Source: a virus
Lineage: Duplodnaviria > Heunggongvirae > Uroviricota > Caudoviricetes
DNA length: 17,495 nucleotides
Direction: 5' to 3' (one strand)
IMG/VR virus record: IMGVR_UViG_2548876861_000004
Span: 1-17,495 of that record
The notes below the pieces were generated by a model. The model was not told where the DNA came from. It searched no databases and saw nothing but the letters and a program-made list of their open reading frames with translations. The position numbers were made by a program, and so were the translations under genes. Numbering within the stretch: position 1 is the stretch's first letter; every line of letters starts with the position of its first letter. Shown here piece by piece: positions 7,479 through 16,357 of the stretch.

Positions 7479-10054
7479 CGCCTGCCTCCGGAAAATACGC
7501 CGCCATCACGCATCTGCGCCTGAATCTCATCCTGCGCCCCCTTGCGGGCCATGTCATACACCGCCTTCATCAGCTGCGGCCCCGCCCGTCCGTTGGTGCC
7601 GTCGTTCTGAATCACCACGTGATTGTTCTGATTAAAATTAATGCCTTCCGTCCGCCGCATCTGCGCCGGACTTCCGGCACCGCCCACATAACCACCTTCC
7701 GCATAGCCCCGCATCAGGCGGTACAGGTTGCCGACGCCAATCCGGCTGGTTGCCTCCTTCGTGAAGACAAACTCCCCGCGATGAACAATCCCCGCAGGTT
7801 CATATTTACCCCCCGTCCCCGTAAATCCCCCGGTCGCGAAATGGAAGTTCGCCGCCGCAGCCTGAATGGCCGTCCCCGTGGAGGCAGACGCACCACCACC
7901 GAAAGCACCGCCAATGGCGCTGCCGATACTCCCGACTATCCCCACCATCGCCTGCTTCAGAAAAATCTCTGTCAGCATGGAGAGCACAGAACGGGTGAAA
8001 CCACGCCAGTTCTGTTCGCTGCCGGTCAGCATCGCTGCCATATTCTGTGCAATACCGTCAAAGGTCTGCGTGGCCACGCTTTTAACCTGCGAAAAACTGT
8101 CCGTCGCACTTTCCGCCCACTCGCCCCAGCCGGACTTCAGACCGGCCATCCAGCTTCCACGAAGCTGCTCCTCCGCAGACCAGGTGTTCTTCAGTGCAGA
8201 TGTGGCCTTCGCCAGCGCATCCGGATTATCACCGTACACGTCACGAAGGCGCTGCTCTTCCGACTCCCGCTGCGCCTGACGGTCGGTGAGGCCCCGCGCC
8301 TGGGCACTGATTGCCGCCTGCTTCGCGCTCTGCTGCTGCTCAAACCGCGCAGCCTGCTGTGCCAGCTCATTCAGCCGTTTCTGGTGTTCAACTTTGTCTC
8401 CCAGCTCAGCCAGCTGGCGTTTGTACTCCAGCGTCTCTTTCTCATGGGTCAGCAGGGATTTTTCCTGCTCAGATAACTGCCGTTTCGTGGCTGCCTCTTT
8501 CAGGACCGCATACTGATTTTCCGCTTTCCATAAATCGCGACGCTGCTGGCTGATTTTCTCATTCGCACCGCTGAGTTTTTCCAGCGTCCGGAGCTCGGTT
8601 TCAAGCGCCAGCAGGGCAGCATGCGCCTGGTCTTCCTGACGCTCACCGGCTGACACTTTGACTCCTGACGACTTCGGCTTTTTCAGCGTCGATTCATAAT
8701 CCTTTTTCGCCGCCGCCATCAGCGTGTTGTAATCCGCCTGCAGGATTTTCCCGTCTTTCAGGGCCTTATTCAGTTCTTCCTGACGGGCGGTATATTTCTC
8801 CAGCGGCGTCAGCAGACGCTCATACGCCTTCTGCGCCTCTCCGGTATACTTCAGCTGTGATGCGTCCCGTTCGGCCCGGTCCCTGGCGGCCAGTTCACCG
8901 GCTTTTTCCATATCCGACTGCAGCGTGGCCGCTGCCAGCCCCAGACGGGCATTTTCCCGGTCATCCCATGCACCCTGAAGGTTCGCACGAAAAGAGGCGG
9001 TTTTTCCCCGGCGCTGGCTCCGGCTCTGGTACCACTGCCATTTTTTATCCGCCTCATCAAATGCCTTCTGTGCACTGGCGAGCATATCCGCTGAGGACTC
9101 AGGACGACCGATATCCAGAATGGCATCCCACATCGATTTGAATGCCTTCCCTGTTTTATCCGCCCAGGTCTCCAGTGTCCCCATGTTTTCTTTCAGGCGA
9201 CGGGTCTGCTCATCAAAGCCTTTCGTGGCGATATCGTTCGCCGCCTGTAAGGCCCCGGCCTCATCACCGGAACGCTGCAGCTGTGCAACATACGCAATCT
9301 GCTCTGCCGTCACGTTACGGAACTGGCGCGCCATCGCCATCAGTCCCGACGTCGGGTCAGTGGTCAGCTTCCCGAAGGCTTCAGCGACTTTATCCACCTC
9401 CACACCGGATGCAGACGCAAAACGCGCGACACTCTGGTTGATGGCATCAAACTGTTCACCACCACGCACACCGGCATTCACCAGGGCTGCCAGTGACTCT
9501 CTCGCCTGGTTAAACGTCAGCCCTGCTGCCTGCCCGGCTCTTGAGAGAGTCAGCATACGATCGGCAGTCAGTCCGGACTGATTACCGGAAAGAACCAGGG
9601 TTTTATTAAACGCTGAAAGCGTGGAATCCCCCTGGTACCAGGCGTACGCCAGCGCACCTGTCGCCACCGCCAGCGAGGTGACCCCGACCATCGGCAGGGT
9701 GATCGCACCGGCAAGTCCCCTGAACATGGGGATCATCCCGCCGAAGGAGTCCTTCACCTGACCGCCCTGTTGCAGCAGGATCAGCCAGGGATTCTGACCA
9801 CCGGCAAGCTGCGTGGCGATATCCGTAAACTGTGCGGGCAGGGTTCGCATGGCCGCTTTATACTGCCCGACGGAAATCCCGGCTTTTTGTGCAGCCAGCG
9901 CCTGACGACTCAGGTTCTGCTCAACAACACCGGCGGTTTTTCTGGCGTCAGTCTCCAGTCCGGAAAAATGACGCCTTACCCGGCTCATCTGCTCATCGAA
10001 ACGGACCGCATCCAGACTCAGGTCAATAACAAGATCACCAACCGGCTGGGACAT
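7475..10054 (-). CDS. H: Tail tape measure protein H
   Basis: 859 aa. MSQPVGDLVIDLSLDAVRFDEQ... and the Gly-rich C-terminal segment match lambda gpH (853 aa). ATG at 10052-10054 with GGAGGTG SD; overlaps the end of the T frame by 20 nt. Confidence 0.95.
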   Translation of the reverse strand: MSQPVGDLVIDLSLDAVRFDEQMSRVRRHFSGLETDARKTAGVVEQNLSRQALAAQKAGISVGQYKAAMRTLPAQFTDIATQLAGGQNPWLILLQQGGQVKDSFGGMIPMFRGLAGAITLPMVGVTSLAVATGALAYAWYQGDSTLSAFNKTLVLSGNQSGLTADRMLTLSRAGQAAGLTFNQARESLAALVNAGVRGGEQFDAINQSVARFASASGVEVDKVAEAFGKLTTDPTSGLMAMARQFRNVTAEQIAYVAQLQRSGDEAGALQAANDIATKGFDEQTRRLKENMGTLETWADKTGKAFKSMWDAILDIGRPESSADMLASAQKAFDEADKKWQWYQSRSQRRGKTASFRANLQGAWDDRENARLGLAAATLQSDMEKAGELAARDRAERDASQLKYTGEAQKAYERLLTPLEKYTARQEELNKALKDGKILQADYNTLMAAAKKDYESTLKKPKSSGVKVSAGERQEDQAHAALLALETELRTLEKLSGANEKISQQRRDLWKAENQYAVLKEAATKRQLSEQEKSLLTHEKETLEYKRQLAELGDKVEHQKRLNELAQQAARFEQQQSAKQAAISAQARGLTDRQAQRESEEQRLRDVYGDNPDALAKATSALKNTWSAEEQLRGSWMAGLKSGWGEWAESATDSFSQVKSVATQTFDGIAQNMAAMLTGSEQNWRGFTRSVLSMLTEIFLKQAMVGIVGSIGSAIGGAFGGGASASTGTAIQAAAANFHFATGGFTGTGGKYEPAGIVHRGEFVFTKEATSRIGVGNLYRLMRGYAEGGYVGGAGSPAQMRRTEGINFNQNNHVVIQNDGTNGRAGPQLMKAVYDMARKGAQDEIQAQMRDGGVFSGGRR

Positions 10055-10906
10055 ATCTCACACCTCCGGAAATCCCCGCTGAAGCCATCATTAATGCGAC
10101 ATCATCCTCGCTGACATCCGCCACATCCGCAGACGATAAAATCTCACGCCCTCCGTCCCCACCAAACCGGACGCCTCCGGCAAGTCCTGCCGCTTTCTGC
10201 ATCAGCATTTTTTCCTCATCCGGCATCTCCGTCTGCGCTTCCTCACGCCGGGGGGCAAGCAGACTGAAATCAGAGGGATGCATATCCGGATCGCAAAAAA
10301 ACAGGCTGAGTACGGCGTACGTCAGCCCGGAAAAATGCATATCCAGTTGGGTATCGAGAAAATAATGCGTACGGTAAAAATGTCGCCAGTCGGCATATTC
10401 GGTGGATGTCATCCCGGCAAGCATGGCGCGCCAGTCAGGCCTCCCCATCTCACGCGCCAGTCTGAGGGCAAAATTCAGCTCGCCGTCGAAGACTTTCCCG
10501 CAGAAAAATCATCATCAGTCAGCGCGTTATTTTTCGCCACTTCGGTGCTGTCAGTATCCGCATGAACAGCCCCGCTCATCCCGGACAGACGCAACACCAC
10601 ATCTTCCGCCCGGGCAATGGCATCCGCAGGCCAGGTGGTGAGCACCTCCTGTTCGATCTGCATCACAGCCTCATTCATTGACGGTGATGCCGTTTTCTGC
10701 GGATGGTTATGCCACAGGGACATCGCCACCAGAAACGCGCCGGTTCTGACGAGATCTTCCACGCTTACCTGCAGGTTGCCGCTGGATTCTGCCTGTTCTG
10801 CACGCCGTTTCAGGAGGGCAAGATGCTCAATACGCTGCAGCGCAGACAATTCGGAAAGCGTGACGGACACACCGTTATATTCAAATTGTTCTGTTTTCAG
10901 AAACAT
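10035..10906 (-). CDS. G-T: Tail assembly chaperone G-T fusion, made by a programmed -1 ribosomal frameshift
   Basis: The G frame (10475..10906) and the T frame (stop at 10035-10037) overlap. I translated across the junction by hand: slipping -1 at GGGAAAG gives ...GKVFDGELNFALRLAREMGRPDWRAML..., which runs into the track ORF 10035..10448. Confidence 0.85.
10475..10906 (-). CDS. G: Tail assembly chaperone G
   Basis: 143 aa. MFLKTEQFEYNGVSVTLSELSALQRIEHLAL... matches lambda gpG (140 aa). ATG at 10904-10906 with GGAGG SD. Confidence 0.92.
   Translation of the reverse strand: MFLKTEQFEYNGVSVTLSELSALQRIEHLALLKRRAEQAESSGNLQVSVEDLVRTGAFLVAMSLWHNHPQKTASPSMNEAVMQIEQEVLTTWPADAIARAEDVVLRLSGMSGAVHADTDSTEVAKNNALTDDDFSAGKSSTAS
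10493..10499 (-). promoter_or_regulatory. Slippery heptamer G GGA AAG for the G-T -1 frameshift
   Basis: Plus-strand CTTTCCC at 10493-10499 is GGGAAAG on the minus strand, in register G GGA AAG, six codons before the G stop. This is the same heptamer used by lambda. Confidence 0.8.
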
Positions 10907-10919
10907 GTATTACCTCCGT

Positions 10920-11672
10920 TTACCCTGCAGCGCCCGCTTCAGTAACGGTGACTTCAGCCACTGCGGCGAACTGACCATTTCCGCTCACCACAGGGATCTG
11001 CACCTTACCTGTCGCCACGCCGTTTACCGTAATTGTCATATCTTTCACACTAATGGTGGCTTTCGACGGATCGGCGGAAACCGCTCTGAACGTCTTGTCG
11101 GTTGCACTTTCCGGCTCAAAAGAAACCGTCAGGGTGGTTGTTTTCCCTTTTGCCACCGTACCGGATGTCGGCGTCACCTTAATCGCAGTGACCGGCGTAA
11201 TTTTGCTGCGTTCTTCCGCTACAGAAGGTTTGCCCACGTTGGTCACTTTCACCGTGCGGGTGATCACTTCTTTCGCCGTCACGGCCTTACCGATACTGCT
11301 GACCCAGCCACGAAACACATCCACCGTGCCGTTCGGAAAACGGATTTTATAGGCCCGCACATCCCCGCTTTCAAACCAGCCTATAAGCCCTTTCTGACCT
11401 TCTTCTCCCGGTTTCCAGGCCAGCGTAAAACTGGTATCTCCTGCAGACTTCTGCCCCTGCCCGGTCGCGGTCCAGTCCGCGTCTTCATCATCCAGGTAGT
11501 TATCATCGTAGGGTTCTGCCGTCATCTCGCCCGGCGTCAGATCCTTCACCTTAGCCAGTCGCTGCCAGTCATCGTCTGACAACGGGTTTGCATAGGCGTC
11601 ACCCTGACCGTTATAAACCCACAGGGTGGTACCGGCACCTTTTACCGGCTCAAGGGGATTTGGTGTTGACAT
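10920..11672 (-). CDS. V: Major tail tube protein V with C-terminal Ig-like domain
   Basis: 250 aa. ...[10 protein letters not shown]...[15 protein letters not shown]...[36 protein letters not shown] matches lambda gpV; the C-terminal ~90 aa resemble its Ig-like (Big_2) domain. ATG at 11670-11672. Confidence 0.93.
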   Translation of the reverse strand: MSTPNPLEPVKGAGTTLWVYNGQGDAYANPLSDDDWQRLAKVKDLTPGEMTAEPYDDNYLDDEDADWTATGQGQKSAGDTSFTLAWKPGEEGQKGLIGWFESGDVRAYKIRFPNGTVDVFRGWVSSIGKAVTAKEVITRTVKVTNVGKPSVAEERSKITPVTAIKVTPTSGTVAKGKTTTLTVSFEPESATDKTFRAVSADPSKATISVKDMTITVNGVATGKVQIPVVSGNGQFAAVAEVTVTEAGAAG

Positions 11673-11679
11673 ATCGTCC

Positions 11680-12075
11680 TCACATCTCGTATGTAATGGA
11701 ATAAGTCAGATCCGCAGAACTCCATAACGCCATATCGTCATCACGACGATACTCATAGCCCTGCGTAACCATCGTGGTAATCAGGTCTGCCAGTGCCGGG
11801 ATCGCAGTCATCGCCGGATAAATCCGGCTTTCCATCCACGAATCCAGCTCCGAATCCGGTACCTGTGCTGGTAAAAACACCTCAATATGCAGTGTGGCCC
11901 GCCAGGTATCTGCATCCAGCTCTTCACCGGTATACTCTGCATCCGTCAGATAAACCGCGACCGCGGGAAAATCCTCTTCGTCAAAAACAACGGGGCGACC
12001 ATCAAACAGCGTCGCCCCGTGTTCATGCAGCTCCAGTGCATCCAGCACTGCAGCACGGATATCAGTATGTTTCAT
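11680..12075 (-). CDS. U: Tail terminator protein U
   Basis: 131 aa, the same length as lambda gpU. ATG overlaps the Z stop (ATGA). Confidence 0.9.
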   Translation of the reverse strand: MKHTDIRAAVLDALELHEHGATLFDGRPVVFDEEDFPAVAVYLTDAEYTGEELDADTWRATLHIEVFLPAQVPDSELDSWMESRIYPAMTAIPALADLITTMVTQGYEYRRDDDMALWSSADLTYSITYEM

Positions 12076-12605
12076 CGTTTTATCGCAATCCTCAGTTGTT
12101 GTTTCAGCGCGTATGCCAGTTCTCCGGGCAGACGTTCACGCCGGATACGGTCAACATTCTCATCAAACGCCTGTTTCAGTGGGGCCGCCATCGGGATTTT
12201 CACCACATCAATGGGGTAACGGTTTTTCCCGACCACACGCTGCATGACATGCCAGCGACCATTTTTTAATCGCTGAATAAATGCCCGCTGATAACGATGC
12301 TGACCGGCTTTGAGTATGCTGTCCGGACGACGCCCCGGCATCCTGATCCCCAGCTTAATCACCGGGAGATCACCGCGGTTAACGATAATTCTGGCATTCG
12401 GATTTCTGACCGTGGCCCGTTTCAGCCTGGACCGTTCCTTAACCAGTTTCCGTCTCACCCTGGTTTCCCGGGCAACCTGTGATGAAGACTGATTAATCGC
12501 CGTTGTGGCCACGCGGTTAATGGTCATTGCAGAAGCCGCCGGAATGGCGTTTTTACGAACCCGGCTCAGATTATCAATCGCCTGCTCAAGCCCTTTTATC
12601 GCCAT
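12072..12605 (-). CDS. Z: Tail completion protein Z
   Basis: 177 aa. MAIKGLEQAIDNLSR...AFIQRLKNGRWHVMQRVVGKNRYPIDVVKIPMA matches lambda gpZ. ATG at 12603-12605. Confidence 0.9.
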   Translation of the reverse strand: MAIKGLEQAIDNLSRVRKNAIPAASAMTINRVATTAINQSSSQVARETRVRRKLVKERSRLKRATVRNPNARIIVNRGDLPVIKLGIRMPGRRPDSILKAGQHRYQRAFIQRLKNGRWHVMQRVVGKNRYPIDVVKIPMAAPLKQAFDENVDRIRRERLPGELAYALKQQLRIAIKR

Positions 12606-12620
12606 AATTTCACCCTGCGT

Positions 12621-12974
12621 TTATCGTCGCCGGTTAACGGCGGGTGGTTGCCCACGGTTGAGCCAGAGATAACAGCTGCCCCCGTCATCCGGAGAAACAC
12701 GATCCACCCAGAACGTCTCACCATTAATGGTCAGCGTGTCACCACGCCGCACAGCACGAACCGTATCCGTCCGCACAAATAATGACGGGCTGCTTCCTTC
12801 AATACGGACCCCGCTACCGGCAAATCCCAGCGACTCCGGATCGTCAAAAACCCCCTGAACTTCTCCGCCACACTGTGCCCCCGAGGTGAACTGTGCACAG
12901 AGCCCCATCACTTCAACAATCGTACTGTCCACCCCGGCAAGGGCAGCATCAAAGGCATTCTGAAAATCACGCAT
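12621..12974 (-). CDS. FII: Head-tail joining protein FII
   Basis: Track ORF 12621..13010. I place the start at the internal ATG 12972-12974, giving 117 aa (the lambda gpFII length) that open MRDFQNAFDAALAG... and end ...GDTLTINGETFWVDRVSPDDGGSCYLWLNRGQPPAVNRRR. This ATG overlaps the FI stop (ATGCGTGA). Confidence 0.85.
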   Translation of the reverse strand: MRDFQNAFDAALAGVDSTIVEVMGLCAQFTSGAQCGGEVQGVFDDPESLGFAGSGVRIEGSSPSLFVRTDTVRAVRRGDTLTINGETFWVDRVSPDDGGSCYLWLNRGQPPAVNRRR

Positions 12975-13341
12975 AAACAGCCATTCCGCCATCAACGTGT
13001 GTTTTTGCATCTGAGGACATAATCAGAATCACCCGACCAACATCCGCAATCTCAACGGATTCCCCTGTTTCACCATCAATGCCACAGAGATGGAGGCAGG
13101 TCAGAACTCTGATGCGCGTTAACGCACCGGATGTATCCTCACGAACATCATGAGCCGCGGTTTCCCGCTCCCGGATCACCGTATCCCCAACCTGAACATC
13201 CTCGCCGGATGACTGTATTTCCTCTTCCCATTCCGCCACCCGCTGCGCTATCTCTGCGGCACTCCCGGATATATCCGGCTCACGCCCCAGAATCAGGGCC
13301 AGTTCATCAAGCCGTTTCAGATTTTGCTCTTTCGTTGCCAT
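12967..13341 (-). CDS. FI: DNA-packaging / head assembly protein FI (divergent)
   Basis: Track ORF 12967..13389 starts at a GTG 3 nt after the E stop. I place the start at ATG 13339-13341 (MATKEQNLKRLDELALILG...), which has a G-rich SD-like run (CAGGGGGCTGAT) upstream and aligns with the lambda FI N-terminus. 124 aa, more diverged than neighbouring genes. Confidence 0.75.
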   Translation of the reverse strand: MATKEQNLKRLDELALILGREPDISGSAAEIAQRVAEWEEEIQSSGEDVQVGDTVIRERETAAHDVREDTSGALTRIRVLTCLHLCGIDGETGESVEIADVGRVILIMSSDAKTHVDGGMAVYA

Positions 13342-13355
13342 ATCAGCCCCCTGTG

Positions 13356-13384
13356 AAAAAAGACACGGGGGCATTTCGCCCCCG
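13356..13384 (-). promoter_or_regulatory. GC hairpin plus T6 run between E and FI (possible attenuator)
   Basis: Plus-strand stem CGGGGGC (13366-13372) / GCCCCCG (13378-13384) with loop ATTTC. On the minus strand a T6 run (13356-13361) follows after a 4-nt spacer, just 5' of the FI SD. The spacer makes terminator function uncertain. Confidence 0.3.
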
Positions 13385-13392
13385 CTCACGGA

Positions 13393-14421
13393 TTATTTCA
13401 CCTGTACCACCACAAACTCATCCGGGTCCGGCAACACCATCAGCGGCGCGGACTGCGTCATGGTAAATTCACGGGCGGGATCCCCCACCGTCAGCCAGTG
13501 TTTCGGATAACGGGAAGAGGCCACCACACCTTCGGACAACGCCTGCGCATCCTGAATGGCACCGTAACAACGGATCCCATCTGCAGCAGTATTCCCCAGA
13601 ACCAGCATGCCCTCCGGCAGATAACGTTTTTCGATACCGTCTTCTGCTATATAAGACGTTTTCGCCACCACAATGGCCAGATCGCCGTAATACCCCTTGA
13701 AGGACACCACTGCGCCCAGATCTTTCACTGCCGTTTCGAGTTGAGAATTTGAACCGCGACGGGTATCCAGTTTTTCGCGGAACAGCTTAAAACCATTCAG
13801 AAGACGCCAGACGGTACCGTCCATAATGGCAATATTCACAAGACCGCTGGCCTGGTCGCAGTAGAGGTCAAGATCATGTGTAGGATCGAACGTGTCACGA
13901 TCCTGTTTTGACCACTCCTTACCACTACCCTGAGTGATGTTATTCTTCGTCGACCTGCCAAAATCGACCTCAATTTTCTCGAACTGGTCTCCTTCCATCG
14001 TATATTTGCCATACAACACAGCATTTACCGCCTGTATTTCTTCCACCTGGACAATCGCGTGCTCTTCCTGTTTGAGGTTATCGGTAATGATACGCAGACG
14101 GCGGTAAGCCGGATCGTTCAGTTGAGCCGGATCTTCACCAGGAAGGCGCTCAACCGCCTGCTGGTAATTAAATTCGTGTTTCGGCTTGACGTAGCCCGGA
14201 CGTAACACGCGGGTTTCACCACCACGATGACGCAGCACTTTTCCTTCAACAACCGGGGAGACATAGGCCGCCACCGGCGTTTTTCCGGTAATTTTGTCCA
14301 GCATCACCTCTTCGGTATGGAAATTCACCGTACGGCGGAAAAACAGCTCCAGAAACAGCGCACGAAATTTCACTTTTTGTTCGGTATAACCGAGTAACTG
14401 GCGGGTCGTAAACAATCCCAT
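13393..14421 (-). CDS. E: Major capsid protein E
   Basis: 342 aa (lambda gpE is 341). ...PGYVKPKHE...NNITQ...LDTRRGSNS.LETAVKDLG...TTGDPAREFTM.QSAPLM matches lambda gpE. ATG at 14419-14421. Confidence 0.95.
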   Translation of the reverse strand: MGLFTTRQLLGYTEQKVKFRALFLELFFRRTVNFHTEEVMLDKITGKTPVAAYVSPVVEGKVLRHRGGETRVLRPGYVKPKHEFNYQQAVERLPGEDPAQLNDPAYRRLRIITDNLKQEEHAIVQVEEIQAVNAVLYGKYTMEGDQFEKIEVDFGRSTKNNITQGSGKEWSKQDRDTFDPTHDLDLYCDQASGLVNIAIMDGTVWRLLNGFKLFREKLDTRRGSNSQLETAVKDLGAVVSFKGYYGDLAIVVAKTSYIAEDGIEKRYLPEGMLVLGNTAADGIRCYGAIQDAQALSEGVVASSRYPKHWLTVGDPAREFTMTQSAPLMVLPDPDEFVVVQVK

Positions 14422-14450
14422 AAATCAGTTCCTTTCATTCAGAAATCAGT

Positions 14451-14470
14451 CAGGCCACCGCGGTGGCCTG
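14451..14470. repeat. Perfect 20-bp palindrome in the D-E intergenic region
   Basis: CAGGCCACCGCGGTGGCCTG is its own reverse complement and contains a SacII site. It lies between the D stop (14479-14481) and the E SD. No T-run follows on either strand. Confidence 0.6.
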
Positions 14471-14478
14471 ATAACGTG

Positions 14479-14826
14479 TTACGGCAGCGCCGCGTGACTC
14501 AGGGCACTGCCGGCAAAGGCATTTGCCTTTTTGTGTTCATCCACACTTTCAGGCCAGCGGATTGCCTCCGTCGCAAAGGTCCCCGACTTGTAATAGGTCA
14601 GTACCGTCTCTGTGCCTTCAAGCGGCAGTACCAGTATGCCAACTGCACTACCGGCTTTCTGTCCGTCCCAGACCACCAGTTTCCCGCTGGCTTCATCCAG
14701 CATCAGGGGCGTCAGTGCCGGTGTTGCCGAGGAAATCCCGCTGCTGCCTGTGGCGGTATGAGCCGGATCATTACCGGCAAAAATACGTACTTCCGCACGC
14801 TGTTCAGTGATGGTTTTCGTTACCAT
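14479..14826 (-). CDS. D: Capsid decoration protein D
   Basis: 115 aa. ...DPAHTAT...TPLMLD...GILV...YYKSGTF...AFAG matches lambda gpD (110 aa). ATG at 14824-14826 with AGGAGG SD. Confidence 0.92.
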   Translation of the reverse strand: MVTKTITEQRAEVRIFAGNDPAHTATGSSGISSATPALTPLMLDEASGKLVVWDGQKAGSAVGILVLPLEGTETVLTYYKSGTFATEAIRWPESVDEHKKANAFAGSALSHAALP

Positions 14827-14862
14827 ATTGTAAAAACCTCCTGTTGATGATCAGCACTGACT

Positions 14863-15678
14863 TCATGGCATGGCCATGAGCATTTTCACGTCCGCATCAC
14901 CGTCTGCTGACGTCTGTGGCACGCCACCCTGTACCGCTGCCGGTGAATGGTTCGCCATGATGCGTTCAAACAGGGCGGTTGTGGATGCAGAGACCGGTTC
15001 TGCCTTACCTGATCCCGCAGCCAGCACAGCCCGGGCGCTCTCCACAGTCATTCCCGGGCAGGCAGCCAGTTGTTCAGCCTGCGCCTCAGCCCCTTTTGCC
15101 TCATCCAGTGCCATGATCTGATCACGGAGTGAGGGTCCGGCATCCGCCTGCGGTGAAGCAGCCAGGATCGGGCGGGCTTTTTCCACCGTCATCTCCGGCA
15201 TCGCCGCCAGCGTTGCCGCCAGTTGTTCACGACCGTTCGCTTCTTCACACGCCATAATGCGATCGGCTTCACTCTGCGTGGATGCCACCGGCTGCTGCGG
15301 TGCCGCCGCGGCCAGAATCGCCCGGGCCTGTGCAACGCTCATGCCCTGTTGTCCTGCCAGCATCGTGGCAAGCTGTTCACGTCCTTTCGCTTCCTGGCAT
15401 GTCAGGATCCCCATCACTCGCTGGTTCTCCTGCGCGGCGGCTTCCGTTGCAGTTAATTGCGGCATAGTGCCTCCTCTGACATTACTGTTCAGCGCCGTGG
15501 CCATCACACTGATGGCATCCGACGCATTGACTAATTCATCCGCCAGCCCGGCCTCAATGCCGGACTGACCTTCAAAAACGGCGGCCTCTGTTCCCGTGAC
15601 GGCATCAACAGACAGACCGGTAAACATCGCCACTTTTTCGGCAAACATCCGGCGCGCCGCATCAATGCGCTGCTGCAT
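14863..15678 (-). CDS. Nu3: Putative Nu3-like scaffold protein from an in-frame internal start within C
   Basis: By analogy to lambda, where Nu3 starts in frame at C residue 239. The nearest in-frame ATGs here are residue 231 (15676-15678, AGAGG about 11 nt upstream) and residue 241 (15646-15648). The exact start is not determinable from sequence. Confidence 0.35.
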   Translation of the reverse strand: MQQRIDAARRMFAEKVAMFTGLSVDAVTGTEAAVFEGQSGIEAGLADELVNASDAISVMATALNSNVRGGTMPQLTATEAAAQENQRVMGILTCQEAKGREQLATMLAGQQGMSVAQARAILAAAAPQQPVASTQSEADRIMACEEANGREQLAATLAAMPEMTVEKARPILAASPQADAGPSLRDQIMALDEAKGAEAQAEQLAACPGMTVESARAVLAAGSGKAEPVSASTTALFERIMANHSPAAVQGGVPQTSADGDADVKMLMAMP

Positions 15679-16357
15679 GTCCTGGCGAACCTCTGCCGGT
15701 AAGGCTTCAAACTGATTGCCATCCACCTTGTGCGCCCCTGAGTAAATCAGCGTGATATCCACACCGGCCTGCGCCAGATGACCGGCATAGCTGACATGGC
15801 TCATCATCACGCCAATGGAGCCGATACGGGATGTCTGGGTAACCAGCCGTCGGGAGCAGGCCGACGCCAGCAGCATGGCTGCAGAACAGGCCGTGTCATT
15901 GCACAGTGCCCAGACCGGCTTCTGCTGACGGAGGCGGTAAATCATGTCAGCGCAGTCAAACGCGCCGGCGGCCTGCCCGCCCGGACTGTCAATGTCCAGC
16001 AGTATGCCCCGCACCTGGCTATCTGCCATTGCCTGCTGAAGACAGGCGACAATGCCGTCATAGCCAGTCATTCCGGAAAATGGCCGCATCCCCCCCAGCC
16101 GGTGCACCAGCGTGCCGGTCACCGGCAGTACCGCAATACCGTTCACCACCCGGTAAACACGGGCCGGTCGTTTACCTCCGGCCATGTACTCGTCCGTTTC
16201 AGCCAGCATTCCGGGAGCATCAAGCTGTACCTGCTGTTGTGGTACCGAAAGACTTGCTGCCCCCATCTCGCGCCCGAGCGCGCAAAAGAAAACCCGCGCA
16301 TAGGCGGGCTCCAGAAGCAGCGGTTCATTGAATGCTGCGGCAATAATGTGTGAAAGA

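Noticed and set aside
7205-8476. 423-aa plus-strand ORF (with nested 7866..8279 and 8286..8553 ORFs) antisense to tape measure gene H
   Set aside because: Fully antisense to a well-supported gene. The translation is Pro/Arg/Ala-rich low-complexity sequence typical of the reverse frame of GC-rich coding DNA, with no recognisable domain and no RBS.
10617-11579. 320-aa plus-strand ORF antisense to V and G
   Set aside because: Antisense to two conserved structural genes. Cys/Arg/His-rich nonsense composition. Explained by the absence of stops in the reverse frame.
12975-13010. N-terminal extension of FII proposed by the ORF track (MQKHTLMAEWLF...)
   Set aside because: Starting at ATG 12972-12974 gives a 117-aa protein that aligns from residue 1 with lambda FII and overlaps the FI stop in the usual coupled arrangement. 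The extension lies inside the FI coding region.
13342-13389. N-terminal extension of FI proposed by the ORF track (MSGGEMPPCLFSQGAD...)
   Set aside because: It starts at a GTG 3 nt after the E stop and reads through the E-FI hairpin. The ATG at 13339-13341 has a G-rich SD-like run upstream and matches the lambda FI N-terminus.
15778-16353. Plus-strand ORFs 15778..16353 and 15906..16331 antisense to protease gene C
   Set aside because: Antisense to the conserved S49-like protease domain. Composition is typical of GC-rich antisense frames.
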